A DNA stretch of 64,000 bases. Origin: Planctomycetota bacterium (GTDB lineage Bacteria > Planctomycetota > SZUA-567 > H5-PLA8). The notes below the pieces were generated by a model. That model made no database searches. It had not been told where the DNA came from and was given only the letters and a program-made list of their open reading frames with translations. Position numbers and translations under genes: made by a program. Shown here in pieces: positions 8,103 to 16,762 of the stretch (position 1 is its first letter; every line of letters begins with the position of its first letter). The stretch lies in NCBI GenBank assembly GCA_038227875.1, contig JBBRPR010000003.1, forward strand, positions 32,001 through 96,000, in the 5' to 3' direction.

Positions 8103-10934
8103 ATGCGGCAACTGGAATCGATGCGATGGGTGTGGGCAGCGGTGCTTCTCGGCGCGTTCGCGACCGCTCATGCTTCCACGACCAACACCTGGACCAATAC
8201 GGCCGGCGACGGAAAATGGAATACCGCCGGAAACTGGAGCCGCGGATCGGTGCCCTCCACGACTGACGATGTTGTCTTCGACAGCACCAGCACTGCAAAC
8301 TGCGCGATCAACGTGACGACGAACAAGGTTGTGACGTTCTCGGTCAACACCGGCTACTCGGGAACAATCACGCAGAACAACGGCTTCACGCTCAACGCGA
8401 TCTCGCTCACTCTGAACAGCAGCACCGCCACCTTCACCGGCGGCGACAGCACCTCTCCGATTACACTCACGGGCTCGCTGACGCTCTCGGCGGGGACATT
8501 CACCTCGACGGCGGGAACGCTGGCCGTCTTCTCGTCGCTGGTGATCACAACGCCGGCTGCAACATTCAATCACAACAATGGCGTCATCAATATCAATGGA
8601 AATACGACGCTGAGTTTGAATACGGGCTCCGCGACGCTTTACGATTTTCAGATCACCGGGCGCTCCACGATCACGACGACCGGCACGGTGACGGTTTCAC
8701 ACAACTTCTTCTTCAGCAACATCAACGTGGGCACGGGCGGAACCATCGCGGTGGCGGGAAACATCACGACCACCAATGCCGTGGCGCCGTCGGGCGGTCT
8801 GACCACGACCGTGCTGATCAATGGCACCTCCCCGCAGGTGTTTGGAGCGTCGGGCGGATCGGGTTACTTCTTTCCCGTGACGATCAACCAGGGCGCCGGC
8901 GGTTCGCTGACCGTTCAGGATACGATCATCATGCTGGGAAGTTGGACGTTCACGGCTTCCCCCAGCGTAACCTGCACAGGTACCGTGCAGTTTTCAAGCA
9001 ATTCCCCGACGATCTCGTCGGGCTCCATGGCGTTCAACCATCTCTCCTCGATCAACGCCTCCAGCATCGCCATCTCCGGCACCGTGATTGTGAATGGGAA
9101 TCTGAACCTGACCAGTTTCAATGCGCTGACTGGCGGGCAGATCAATGTGGCGGGCAACGTGGTCACGACCAGCGGAGCTCCGTCGGTTGCGTCCACGACG
9201 ATTCTGCTTAATGGGTCGGGAGCGCAGAGCATCAGCGCTGCCGGCGGCACCGGCTACATCTCGTCGGTCAGTATTCAGCAGGGAACCGGTGGCACGGTCG
9301 CGATCAGCGACACGCTGATTGTCATTGGCAGCTGGACTTACGACACCACTCTTGGCGGTGGCGCGGTCACCTGCACGGGCCTGGTGACGTTCACCAATGG
9401 CGGCACCACCAGCGCGGGCACCATGAAATTCAACAATGTTTCAATCACGGGTGGGAACAGGACCATCACCGGAACGATGACGGTGCAGGGCAACTTCACG
9501 CTGACCGCGGCGAATTCCATGAACGGCGGCACGGTCAACGTGGGCGGCAACCTCTCGACGGCCCGCTCATCAGGATCGACTCCGTACTCCACGAACTTCG
9601 TCCTGAATGGAAGCAACAACACGCAGACTCTTTCACAGTCCGCAACCGGCTTGTTTCCCGGCGCCACCATAACGGTCAGCCACACCGGCACGGGCGGCGT
9701 CGTCGCGGGGTCCGCGCTGAACTTCGCCTACTCCACGACCCAGTCCCTGGCGATCTCGAGCGGCACGCTGGACCTGGCTGGAAACAACCTCGCCGTCGGC
9801 GCCACAGGGACGATCACCCTGGCCAGCGGCGCGACGTTGCAGCTTCAGGGCGGCGAGACCGTCAGCAAGACGCCGACCATTTCGGCGGTGGGCCTGGTGA
9901 TCTATAACGGCAGCGCTGCGTCTTACACGTTGAAGAACTGGAGCTACTCCAATCTCACGATCAATGGCGGCGCCAGCTCGGTCTTTACGTTCCCTGCGAA
10001 CTTGACCTCCTTCAGCGCCCTGACGCTCACCAGCGGCATCGCTTCGCTGGCGGGATTCAACCTGACGGCCACGTCGCTCAGCAATGCCGCCACGTTGCGG
10101 GCACAGGGGAACGAGACGATCTCGCTGGGCACCATGGACACGGCGCAGGGCACGGTGGAATTTGTGGGCAGGAATATTGCCGAGACGCTGACGGTCCCGG
10201 ATTTTGGCGCGCAGGATTTCTACAACCTGAAGATCAACGATACGAATGCCGCCACGGCCACATTCCAGTGTGCCGCGGCGAAGTCGATCAAGGGCACGCT
10301 GGTGGTCTCCGGAGGCACCTTCAACGCCAATGGACAGACGGTCGCGGTGACGGGGTTGACCACGATCAGTGGCGGCACGTATCAGTCGTCAACGGCGTCG
10401 AACACCTTCAGCGGCGGGCTGGGAATTTCTGGCGGGACGTTCACAGGATCCAGCGGCAGCGTGACGGTGACCGGCGCGTTCGTGCTGACCGGCGGGACGT
10501 GCACGGCGCCGAGCGGGACGTTATTCGTCTCGGGGAATTTCACGAATGGCGGCGGCTCGTTTTCCCACAATGGCGGGACGGTGACGCTCAATGGATCCAG
10601 CCAGTCCGTCACGGGCAGCACGGGATTCAATGCCTTCACGATTACCGCGCCGGACACGGTGACGTTCCAGTCGGGTGCGACGCAGACGTTCGCGGGCGCT
10701 TTCACGGCCTTGGGATCGGCGGGGAATTTGATCACGATTCTGTCGTCCACGCCGGGTTCGGCGGGGATGCTCTCGCGGTCGGGCAGCGGAGTGAACTGCG
10801 ATTATCTCTCGCTCAAGGACAGCGCTGCGACCGCCGGGGTTTGGTTGGCGGGGGCGCACAGCATTAACGTCTCGGGAATCTCGGGCTGGATCTTTCCGAG
10901 CGCGTTTAATGCGATGCTGATCAGCGCGGATTGA
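8103..10934 (+). CDS. Secreted beta-solenoid/passenger-like repeat protein without an autotransporter barrel (943 aa)
   Basis: Signal peptide (AHA|S); WTNTAGDGKWNTAGNW...P...DDVVFD cap; G/T/S/N-rich repeats (FNHNNG, FSHNGGTVTLNG, NGSGAQSIS); 28 bp after the fibre gene. Confidence 0.75.
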   Translation: MRQLESMRWVWAAVLLGAFATAHASTTNTWTNTAGDGKWNTAGNWSRGSVPSTTDDVVFDSTSTANCAINVTTNKVVTFSVNTGYSGTITQNNGFTLNAISLTLNSSTATFTGGDSTSPITLTGSLTLSAGTFTSTAGTLAVFSSLVITTPAATFNHNNGVININGNTTLSLNTGSATLYDFQITGRSTITTTGTVTVSHNFFFSNINVGTGGTIAVAGNITTTNAVAPSGGLTTTVLINGTSPQVFGASGGSGYFFPVTINQGAGGSLTVQDTIIMLGSWTFTASPSVTCTGTVQFSSNSPTISSGSMAFNHLSSINASSIAISGTVIVNGNLNLTSFNALTGGQINVAGNVVTTSGAPSVASTTILLNGSGAQSISAAGGTGYISSVSIQQGTGGTVAISDTLIVIGSWTYDTTLGGGAVTCTGLVTFTNGGTTSAGTMKFNNVSITGGNRTITGTMTVQGNFTLTAANSMNGGTVNVGGNLSTARSSGSTPYSTNFVLNGSNNTQTLSQSATGLFPGATITVSHTGTGGVVAGSALNFAYSTTQSLAISSGTLDLAGNNLAVGATGTITLASGATLQLQGGETVSKTPTISAVGLVIYNGSAASYTLKNWSYSNLTINGGASSVFTFPANLTSFSALTLTSGIASLAGFNLTATSLSNAATLRAQGNETISLGTMDTAQGTVEFVGRNIAETLTVPDFGAQDFYNLKINDTNAATATFQCAAAKSIKGTLVVSGGTFNANGQTVAVTGLTTISGGTYQSSTASNTFSGGLGISGGTFTGSSGSVTVTGAFVLTGGTCTAPSGTLFVSGNFTNGGGSFSHNGGTVTLNGSSQSVTGSTGFNAFTITAPDTVTFQSGATQTFAGAFTALGSAGNLITILSSTPGSAGMLSRSGSGVNCDYLSLKDSAATAGVWLAGAHSINVSGISGWIFPSAFNAMLISAD

Positions 10935-10947
10935 TTGCACCTAGTAA

Positions 10948-10963
10948 TGTTCCACGTGGAACA
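10948..10963. promoter_or_regulatory. parS-type centromere site
   Basis: TGTTCCACGTGGAACA, a perfect palindrome (extends to 20 bp, 10946-10965) matching the broadly conserved ParB-binding consensus; intergenic. Confidence 0.8.
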
Positions 10964-10982
10964 TTCACATGGTGCGCGAAAT

Positions 10983-11006
10983 CGTGGTTGCAAATTTGCA
11001 ACCACG
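10983..11006. other. 24-bp perfect palindrome between convergent genes (hairpin/terminator or operator)
   Basis: CGTGGTTGCAAATTTGCAACCACG. Confidence 0.5.
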
Positions 11007-11142
11007 GATATTTGTTATTTGGCTGAAATATGCGGATTGGGTTGAATCCAGAGCTCTCCTATGAGCATGTTGCCGAATGTTACAAAATGTGACAGGAACC
11101 GGGGCTGACGCATTTTCAAAATATGTGTTTCTTGTGAGACCC

Positions 11143-14100
11143 CTACTCCTTCTTCGGATCGGCTTTGGGGGCTGCGTCGTCCTGGGGTTTGCGGATGTGC
11201 AGGTCGAGTTGCGGGAACGGGATTTCGATGCCGTTCTCGCGCAGGGCGCGGTCGATGGCGACGTGAAGTTCGTGGGTGACGGGCAGGCGCTTGGAAAGTT
11301 CGCGGACGAAGATGCGGATTTCGAAATTCAGCGCGCTGTCGCCGAAGCCGGTGAAGAAGACCGTCGGCGCGGGCGCTTCCATCACGAGCGGATTGGCCTT
11401 GGCGGTATCGAGCATCACCTTTTGCGCGCGCACGGTATCTGAGCCGTAGGCGATGCCGACTTTCAAAACCAGGCGCGTCACCGGATCGGAGAGCGTCCAG
11501 TTGATGACGTGATCGGTGATGAAACTTTTGTTCGGCACCAGGATTTCGCGGTTGTCCCAGTCGACGACGGTGGTGGCGCGAATCTGGATGCGCGAGACGG
11601 TGCCGGTGAGATCCTTGACCGTGATCGTGTCGCCGACGCGGATGCGCCGTTCGAAGAGCAGGATCAGACCGGCGATGAAATTGGCGACGATTTCCTGCAA
11701 GCCAAAACCGAGCCCCACGCTCAACGACGCCACGATCCACTGCAGGCCCGACCATTCCACGCCCAGCACATGGAAGATGGCGATGGCGCCTATCGCCACG
11801 ATCACGTAGCGGCTGATGGTGATGATCGCGTACGCGGTGCCCGATTCCAGCGGCAGGCGCTGCAGCGCCACGATCTCCAGCAGGCCGGAGATATTGCGCG
11901 CGGCGATGACCGTCAGAAGCAGCCACGTCAGCGCCTTCAACAATCCCAGCAGCGAGACGACGGGCACGACTTGATTGAGTTCGGCGCCGGCCATCCGCGA
12001 CCAGATGGGAATCTGGTCGAGCGCCGCCAGCGCCGGCACAATGCCGCTCCACACCAGCCACAGCCCCGCCAGCACACCGGCGCCCACCCCGACGCTCAGC
12101 AGCGTCCGCGTCTGCTCGTTGACGGCGGAAAGATCGGCCTTGTCGAATTGCAGCTTCGGCTTGGCCTGGCCGATGGCGTACGATGCCACCTGCGCGGCTT
12201 GAGCGGCCTGCGCCTGCTCGTTTTCTTCGCGCGAACGGCGGAGCGTCAGCCGTTCGTGCGCGACGACCAGCCAGCGCATCGCCAGGCCATCCAGGATGAC
12301 GCCGGCGAGAATCACCCACGCGGAGAGAAACAACCGCAACTGCACGCGCACCGCCGGCTCGAAATAGCCCCACGCTGCGAAAACACCCAGCGCCACGGGA
12401 ATACCGATGACCACTGGAAACCAGAAGCGGCTGGTGCGCGCGACGGTGTGGTCGGCGGGCAGTTTCAAACCCACGCCGCGCTGGGGATGGAGCACGCGAT
12501 AGAGGAAAACCGCAAACGCCGCCGACGCGAGCATGAAAGCCAGCCGCCCCAGCCCGCTATAGTATTCGTCGTTGCCGGTGGCGTGCGTCGCACACATCAG
12601 GAAGACCGCCGGCACAAGAATGACGAAGAGCCAGAGCAGATTCGTGCGCAGCCGTTTGCTCGAATCGGGGCTCCATAAAAAGTGCGCCGTGAACACGCCG
12701 GCTGGCAGGCCCAACACGCGCAGTCCATACAGCGCGCCGCCCATTAAGACCGCCCCGGAAAGTCCAACGCCCACCGCCGCCGCGTAGGGCGCGCCGAGCG
12801 GATCGAAGGCCATCAGGCGGCCGGCCGCGAAGAGCAGGATGGGAATCGGCGCCGCCAGCAGCGCGCTGAGCGTGAGCGCGTAAAAGACGCGGTTGAAGGC
12901 ATCGGAGTGGCTCTTCGAATTCTCGCGCGTCTGCGTCAGCGCGGAAAGCAGGCGGTGGCGACAGAGCAGCAGGATCACGAAGATCAGCAGGACCAGCACG
13001 CCCAGCGCCGGCCGCGCGTTGAATCCCGCGCCCAGCGCCATGACCGAGCCGCGCCATTCATCGGCGTCGAACAACCACTGCAGCCCCGTGCGCACCTGCT
13101 GCAGCCAGACCTGGCCAAGCGGCGGGGAGCTGGGCAGCCACATCAGCTTTTCATCAAACAGCGTGGAGAGATTGTCGGTGCCGGTGGTCAGTTCATTGAG
13201 CGCTTCGCGCAGTTCGGAGGCGCGACCCAGGAACTGGCCGTTGGCTTCGAGCAAGCGCTGCAGAACCTGCTTGCGCCGCGCCAGCAGCGGTTCGGCAGCG
13301 GCACGCGTTTCCGGAGGCACGGGTGGCGGCGGACCGACGCGCGAGGGGCCGCGCAGCAGCACGTCGATTTCCGTGTCGTCGGCGATGCGCGCCAGCTTTT
13401 CATTCAAATGGATGCGCAGAATTCGCGCGTCGAGAATGGCGCGCTCGCCGGCGGCCACCTGCTGGCTGAGCGCCGCATCAAGCGGCAGCTTGTCGCGCAG
13501 TTCGCGCAGCGACTGTCCGAATTCTGCGCCGCCGCCGCGGACTTCCAGCAGCTGCTGCGCGCTCTGGCGGAGCTCGTAGATTTTCCGGTTGGAAGCGCTG
13601 GCGGCCGCGAACTCCTCATCGACCTTTTCCAAGCGGTGCGCCAGCGTACCAATCTGGCGGGCCAGCGTGGTGGTTTCGCGCGCGTACTCCTGCATCGCGC
13701 CGCTCTGCGCGGCCAGCGCCGCTTCCGCTTTCTGCGCTTCGTCCAGTTCGGCCTGGGCGTTTTGAAGCACGCGTTCGCGCAGCAGGCGCTTGAGCGTCGC
13801 GACGCGCCGCTCCGCCGCACTGAGCTGCAGCGCCGCCAGGTCGCGCTGGGCCGTGAGCAGGCGGCGGCGGTTGGGCAGGCTGAGCAATTCCTGTTCGAGC
13901 ATCGCGACGCGCGCGGTGGAGAGCCGGCGGGCCGCGAGCTGTTCGGCCTGCCGGGCCTTGGTCACGGCCGGCGCTTCATTCACATCCTGGGCCGAGCGGC
14001 TCAAGGCGTCGGCGGCGTCGAACTTCTTTCGTTCCTCTTCCAGATCCGCGCGCGCGCCGGTGTAGCGCATCACGCTGGTACGCTGTACCTCATCCAATTC

Positions 14101-14568
14101 CTGCGTGCGCTGGCGCTGCGTGGCGGCGTCACCCTGCGCTTCGGTCAGGCACTGCTGCAGCTCGGCGTAATCGAGATTGGCATTCGACGTGAGCGATCCG
14201 GTGGCGCTTTTCTTCGCTGCCAGTTGGCGTCGAATGTCGGCGACGGCGGCGTTACCGGTCTCGACGATTTTACGATAGTTGGCCGCGCTCTCCGCCGCCG
14301 CCCGCGCCGCGTCGAGCCTGCTCAACGCCGTGCGGTAATAATCCAGCGCCCGCTCGCGCGCCTCGGTGGGGAGGTCCTTGCTGTTGGTCAGTTCGTTGAT
14401 GCTGGCCTGGAGCTGCTCGGCGGAAAGCGAGGCCGTCTGCGCCGCGTCGGGAAGATCCGGCACCGCCTCTTCGGCGCTGAGGTTCGCCGCTCCAACCCCG
14501 GCGAGCAGCAGCGCGAGCGCCGCTGCACGCCCGAAGTTTCTCGAAGTAAAAGTGAAACGCCTACGCAC
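11143..14568 (-). CDS. mscK: MscK/KefA-like mechanosensitive channel
   Basis: Signal peptide, long coiled-coil periplasmic region, multiple TM helices, MscS core SVGLGFGLQEIVANFIAGLILLFER...VGD...IEIPFPQ. Confidence 0.9.
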   Translation of the reverse strand: MRRRFTFTSRNFGRAAALALLLAGVGAANLSAEEAVPDLPDAAQTASLSAEQLQASINELTNSKDLPTEARERALDYYRTALSRLDAARAAAESAANYRKIVETGNAAVADIRRQLAAKKSATGSLTSNANLDYAELQQCLTEAQGDAATQRQRTQELDEVQRTSVMRYTGARADLEEERKKFDAADALSRSAQDVNEAPAVTKARQAEQLAARRLSTARVAMLEQELLSLPNRRRLLTAQRDLAALQLSAAERRVATLKRLLRERVLQNAQAELDEAQKAEAALAAQSGAMQEYARETTTLARQIGTLAHRLEKVDEEFAAASASNRKIYELRQSAQQLLEVRGGGAEFGQSLRELRDKLPLDAALSQQVAAGERAILDARILRIHLNEKLARIADDTEIDVLLRGPSRVGPPPPVPPETRAAAEPLLARRKQVLQRLLEANGQFLGRASELREALNELTTGTDNLSTLFDEKLMWLPSSPPLGQVWLQQVRTGLQWLFDADEWRGSVMALGAGFNARPALGVLVLLIFVILLLCRHRLLSALTQTRENSKSHSDAFNRVFYALTLSALLAAPIPILLFAAGRLMAFDPLGAPYAAAVGVGLSGAVLMGGALYGLRVLGLPAGVFTAHFLWSPDSSKRLRTNLLWLFVILVPAVFLMCATHATGNDEYYSGLGRLAFMLASAAFAVFLYRVLHPQRGVGLKLPADHTVARTSRFWFPVVIGIPVALGVFAAWGYFEPAVRVQLRLFLSAWVILAGVILDGLAMRWLVVAHERLTLRRSREENEQAQAAQAAQVASYAIGQAKPKLQFDKADLSAVNEQTRTLLSVGVGAGVLAGLWLVWSGIVPALAALDQIPIWSRMAGAELNQVVPVVSLLGLLKALTWLLLTVIAARNISGLLEIVALQRLPLESGTAYAIITISRYVIVAIGAIAIFHVLGVEWSGLQWIVASLSVGLGFGLQEIVANFIAGLILLFERRIRVGDTITVKDLTGTVSRIQIRATTVVDWDNREILVPNKSFITDHVINWTLSDPVTRLVLKVGIAYGSDTVRAQKVMLDTAKANPLVMEAPAPTVFFTGFGDSALNFEIRIFVRELSKRLPVTHELHVAIDRALRENGIEIPFPQLDLHIRKPQDDAAPKADPKKE

Positions 14569-14717
14569 CGAAATAGTCAGCCCCTCTCACGCGGCTTAAA
14601 GAGTACGAGTGGCGCAGCGGAGTGCAAAGTGAATCAGAGCGTGGGGCTGGGAATGGTGATAAATGCGATATGGGAGACGGGTGGTGCGCGAAGTTAAGCT
14701 CGTTGAATGCGCTATGG

Positions 14718-15188
14718 TTAATCAAGCCAACCCGTCGCAAAGTAATGGACGTTGTTGTCCGGTCCCTCGTAGATACATCGAACGACTTTATTGATCGGCA
14801 TACACATCGAATCGCGTTTTGGTTCGTAAAGAAAAGCACACGTCGCCAGAGTTCGCGGTCCAATTATCCCCGCAAGGGAGGGATGCGTTGGCATGAAGTC
14901 CTCGTAGTCAATCCATTTATAAACCCGCTGGGCATTCTTTCGAAGAACTTCTCCCACGTAGGCTCCTCCCCAGAGCATCGTGTTATTGAGTTCGGTTTGG
15001 AATTGATCGAGTTGACTCACGTCAGCACGTACTGCGGCCAGGTATTCATCGACATGAACCAAACTTTCGATTGAATAGTTCAACGCGAATCGAGACAGCT
15101 TTTTCGGGAGCACAATATCATTGGCCGCGCGGATTCTGCCCACAAAGCGGTCGGAGAAGTCTTGGAAGATGGGATTGAGCTCGCTCAC
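14718..15188 (-). CDS. Hypothetical protein (possibly DUF3806-like)
   Basis: 156-aa ORF with LNYSIESLVHVDEYL, GAYVGEVL and PINKV motifs; visibly lower GC than flanks. Confidence 0.55.
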   Translation of the reverse strand: MSELNPIFQDFSDRFVGRIRAANDIVLPKKLSRFALNYSIESLVHVDEYLAAVRADVSQLDQFQTELNNTMLWGGAYVGEVLRKNAQRVYKWIDYEDFMPTHPSLAGIIGPRTLATCAFLYEPKRDSMCMPINKVVRCIYEGPDNNVHYFATGWLD

Positions 15189-15243
15189 AATAAATGCGAT
15201 TCCGTTTGTATCGTCCGAGATTACCTCTTCGGAACACGCCTGT

Positions 15244-15363
15244 AAATTGTCCCTTCAGGACAATTTTGAACTGGGCGAACCGTTTCCAGGGCGGCGGAGC
15301 GTGGACGCATTCGCGTCCGCGCTCCTTCGCCCTTCGCTGATGAAAACGGACCCCGGTGGGGTC
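15244..15363. repeat. Outer REP-like multi-hairpin element, left copy
   Basis: Hairpins AAATTGTCC-cttca-GGACAATTT and GACCCC-ggt-GGGGTC; degenerate inverted copy at 16395-16510. Confidence 0.65.
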
Positions 15364-15449
15364 GGGGCGGGATGGTGCGCGCAGGGATGAAACGTGAGCC
15401 ACGGAGGGGCGGCATTTGGGGATGTCGCATTCCGTGGCGTGTGGACATT

Positions 15450-15532
15450 TCGCTCTTTCAGAGCTCCTGAAAATCGCGCGGGTCGATTCCAGGGGCGTTG
15501 CCCCTGGCTTTCGCATGTTGCCCCGTTGGGGC
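15450..15532 (+). repeat. Inner REP-like element of about 83 bp, copy A
   Basis: Three hairpins GCTCT-TTC-AGAGC, CCAGGGGC-GTT-GCCCCTGG, GCCCC-GTT-GGGGC; near-identical to 16264-16347. Confidence 0.85.
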
Positions 15533-15651
15533 ACTAAGGGCGACGCGGTCTGGCTAAGTCGTGGCGTGAAATACTGACTGATACCTTTTTGGTCGATGGG
15601 ACATTTTGAGTTAAAACAGTTGGCCCGCTGTCGAACGTTGCCGAGGACCCA

Positions 15652-15680
15652 TTGACGCGATTAATTTGTGGGAACATAAT
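15652..15680 (+). promoter_or_regulatory. Putative sigma70 promoter for the transposase
   Basis: TTGACG-N17-CATAAT. Confidence 0.5.
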
Positions 15681-15705
15681 CGTACGACTTTCGACTGACT
15701 CAGGA

Positions 15706-15788
15706 ACCCCAACGGGGTGAAATGTGATAGCCAGGGGCAACGCCCCTGGAAATTGTGCGCGCACTATTCGAGAGCTCTGAAAGAGCGA
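15706..15788 (-). repeat. Inner REP-like element, inverted copy B
   Basis: ACCCCAACGGGGT...CCAGGGGCAACGCCCCTGG...GAGCTCTGAAAGAGCGA is the reverse complement of copy A with divergent spacers. Confidence 0.85.
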
Positions 15789-15803
15789 CATGGAGAGAGG
15801 CGA

Positions 15804-16256
15804 ATGCCGCAATCACTATCGAATGTTCTGATTCACATCGTCTTTTCAACGAAAAATCGCGAACCCTTGATATCGGCAAAGGTTGAACCAGAACTCCATA
15901 AATACATGGCGGCCACGTTCCTCGCGCTGGGATCTCCAACTTTGGGTCTCAACGGCACCGCCGATCACGTGCACGTTCTGTGCGCATTGTCGCGACGCAT
16001 CTCCATCTCGGAATTGATCGAGGGCGTTAAGAAGTCTTCGTCGAAGTGGATGAAAACCAAAGGACCCGGATTGCGCCGGTTTTATTGGCAATCGGGATAC
16101 GGCGTATTTTCGATTGGCGAATCGAATCGTGCTGCGTGTTTGCGCTATATAGCGCGGCAGAAAATCCGGCATCGCAGGCAATCTTTCCAAGAGGAGCTCC
16201 GGGAGATATTGAGTAATTACAAAATGAAATACGATGAGCGTTATGTGTGGGATTGA
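15804..16256 (+). mobile_element. tnpA: IS200/IS605-family Y1 (HUH) transposase, REP-associated (RAYT-like), no tnpB
   Basis: HIVFSTKNR, HUH motif DHVH, WQSGYGVFS, catalytic YIxxQ, YDERYVWD end; GGAGAGAGG RBS. Confidence 0.9.
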
Positions 16257-16263
16257 GTCGATG

Positions 16264-16347
16264 TCGCTCTTTCAGAGCTCCTGAAAATCGCGCGGGTCGA
16301 TTCCAGGGGCGCTGCCCCTGGCTTTCGCATTTCAGCCCGTTGGGCTG
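16264..16347 (+). repeat. Inner REP-like element, copy C
   Basis: First ~65 bp differ from copy A by one base; last hairpin is CAGCCC-GTT-GGGCTG. Confidence 0.85.
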
Positions 16348-16394
16348 GAGGGCGTTGGCGTGCTCACGGGCATTCGTTTCGTGTCGTGTTAGTT

Positions 16395-16510
16395 GGACCC
16401 AACGGGTCCGTTTTTGCCAGCGAAGGGGGAGACGGGGCGACGCGCATGCGGCGACTCCGCGCAGCCCTGTTGATCGGCGGGCGATTGGGGTTGTCCCATA
16501 GGGACAAATT
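16395..16510. repeat. Outer REP-like multi-hairpin element, right (inverted) copy
   Basis: GACCCAACGGGTCCGTTTTTGCCAGCGAAGGG vs reverse complement of left copy GACCCCACCGGGGTCCGTTTTCATCAGCGAAGGG; ends TTGTCCCATAGGGACAAATT. Confidence 0.65.
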
Positions 16511-16563
16511 ACGCGCTAACGCATTGGCGTGATACAGCCTCTGTAATGGCGGCGTTTTAGTTG

Positions 16564-16647
16564 TCGCCCCTGCCGGGGCTTTTGATTTTTCGTGGGGCGA
16601 TTGGCCCATGGCTTACACCGTGGGGCTACTTTATGCCGCTCCGCGGC
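16564..16647 (+). repeat. Degenerate REP-like element with the same three-hairpin layout
   Basis: CGCCCC-TGCC-GGGGC ... CCCATGG-CTTACA-CCGTGGG ... GCCGC-TCC-GCGGC. Confidence 0.5.
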
Positions 16648-16762
16648 GTGAGGAGACGCGGCCGATTTCGCTCTTTTTCGAAGTATAATTTCGTATCATG
16701 AACACAATTGAACGACTCGGGGAGTGTTAAGCGCTATTGTCCTTGTTAAGGAGATTATTGAC

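Noticed and set aside
12907..14697. 596-aa plus-strand ORF and other long ORFs over mscK
   Set aside because: Antisense shadows of a well-supported gene in high-GC DNA; no motifs
15534..15812. Minus-strand 92-aa ORF between REP copies
   Set aside because: Runs through repeat B and the tnpA promoter; no protein motif
15450..16347. CRISPR-like reading of the repeats around tnpA
   Set aside because: Units are about 83 bp, in mixed orientation, irregularly spaced, with no cas genes
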